This document shows, in pieces, positions 63,906 through 64,000 of a stretch of 64,000 bases of DNA. Location of the stretch: the NCBI GenBank assembly GCA_964433905.1, contig CAYSSM010000001.1:60246-124245 (forward strand). The letters are read 5' to 3'. Under the pieces are notes generated by a model that was given only the letters and a program-made list of their open reading frames with translations, did no database searches and was not told where the DNA came from. The position numbers were made by a program, and so were the translations under genes. Source of the stretch: an uncultured Candidatus Saccharibacteria bacterium. Lineage in GTDB: Bacteria; Patescibacteriota; UBA1384; UBA12157; JAENIV01. Positions within the stretch are counted from its first letter, which is position 1; each line of letters opens with the position of its first letter.

Positions 63906-64000
63906 AAAAATAACTCCTTATTCTGAACATAGTATAGCGTATAATTATTTACCTTTACAATACGAAAATATTGAGGTTTAGCCCCTATTTTCTTATTTTT

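Overview
AT-rich housekeeping region of a small-genome bacterium. Absence of rpmD/L30, a GAD-less AspRS, a trimmed PheRS and a PaaX-like regulator point to Patescibacteria/CPR (inference). In order: gpmI (partial), ADP-forming acyl-CoA synthetase plus a 2-oxoacid:ferredoxin oxidoreductase operon, a REP-associated-type HUH tyrosine transposase, tRNA-Ala(GGC), leuS, rpmF-nusB-rnc, paaX-like, dac, aspS, pheT/pheS, rbfA, the S10-spc-alpha ribosomal cluster (interrupted by surface-protein genes), tuf, fusA, rpsG/rpsL, rpoC/rpoB, several orphan genes including a GC-rich secreted SdrD-B-like protein, obgE, a LysM-M23 peptidase, infB and gyrA/gyrB. The most notable signal lies below gene scale: several families of short palindromic or heptameric repeats populate intergenic spaces and have also inserted in frame into essential translation genes (L22, IF-2, LeuRS, PheT), reminiscent of Rickettsia palindromic elements. 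One family sits directly against the start codons of rpmJ and map. Other points: RpoA lacks its C-terminal domain, the secY 3' end is present three times (att-like scar), and there is an unannotated 55-aa membrane ORF with a near-consensus promoter. All coordinates and alignments were made by eye.
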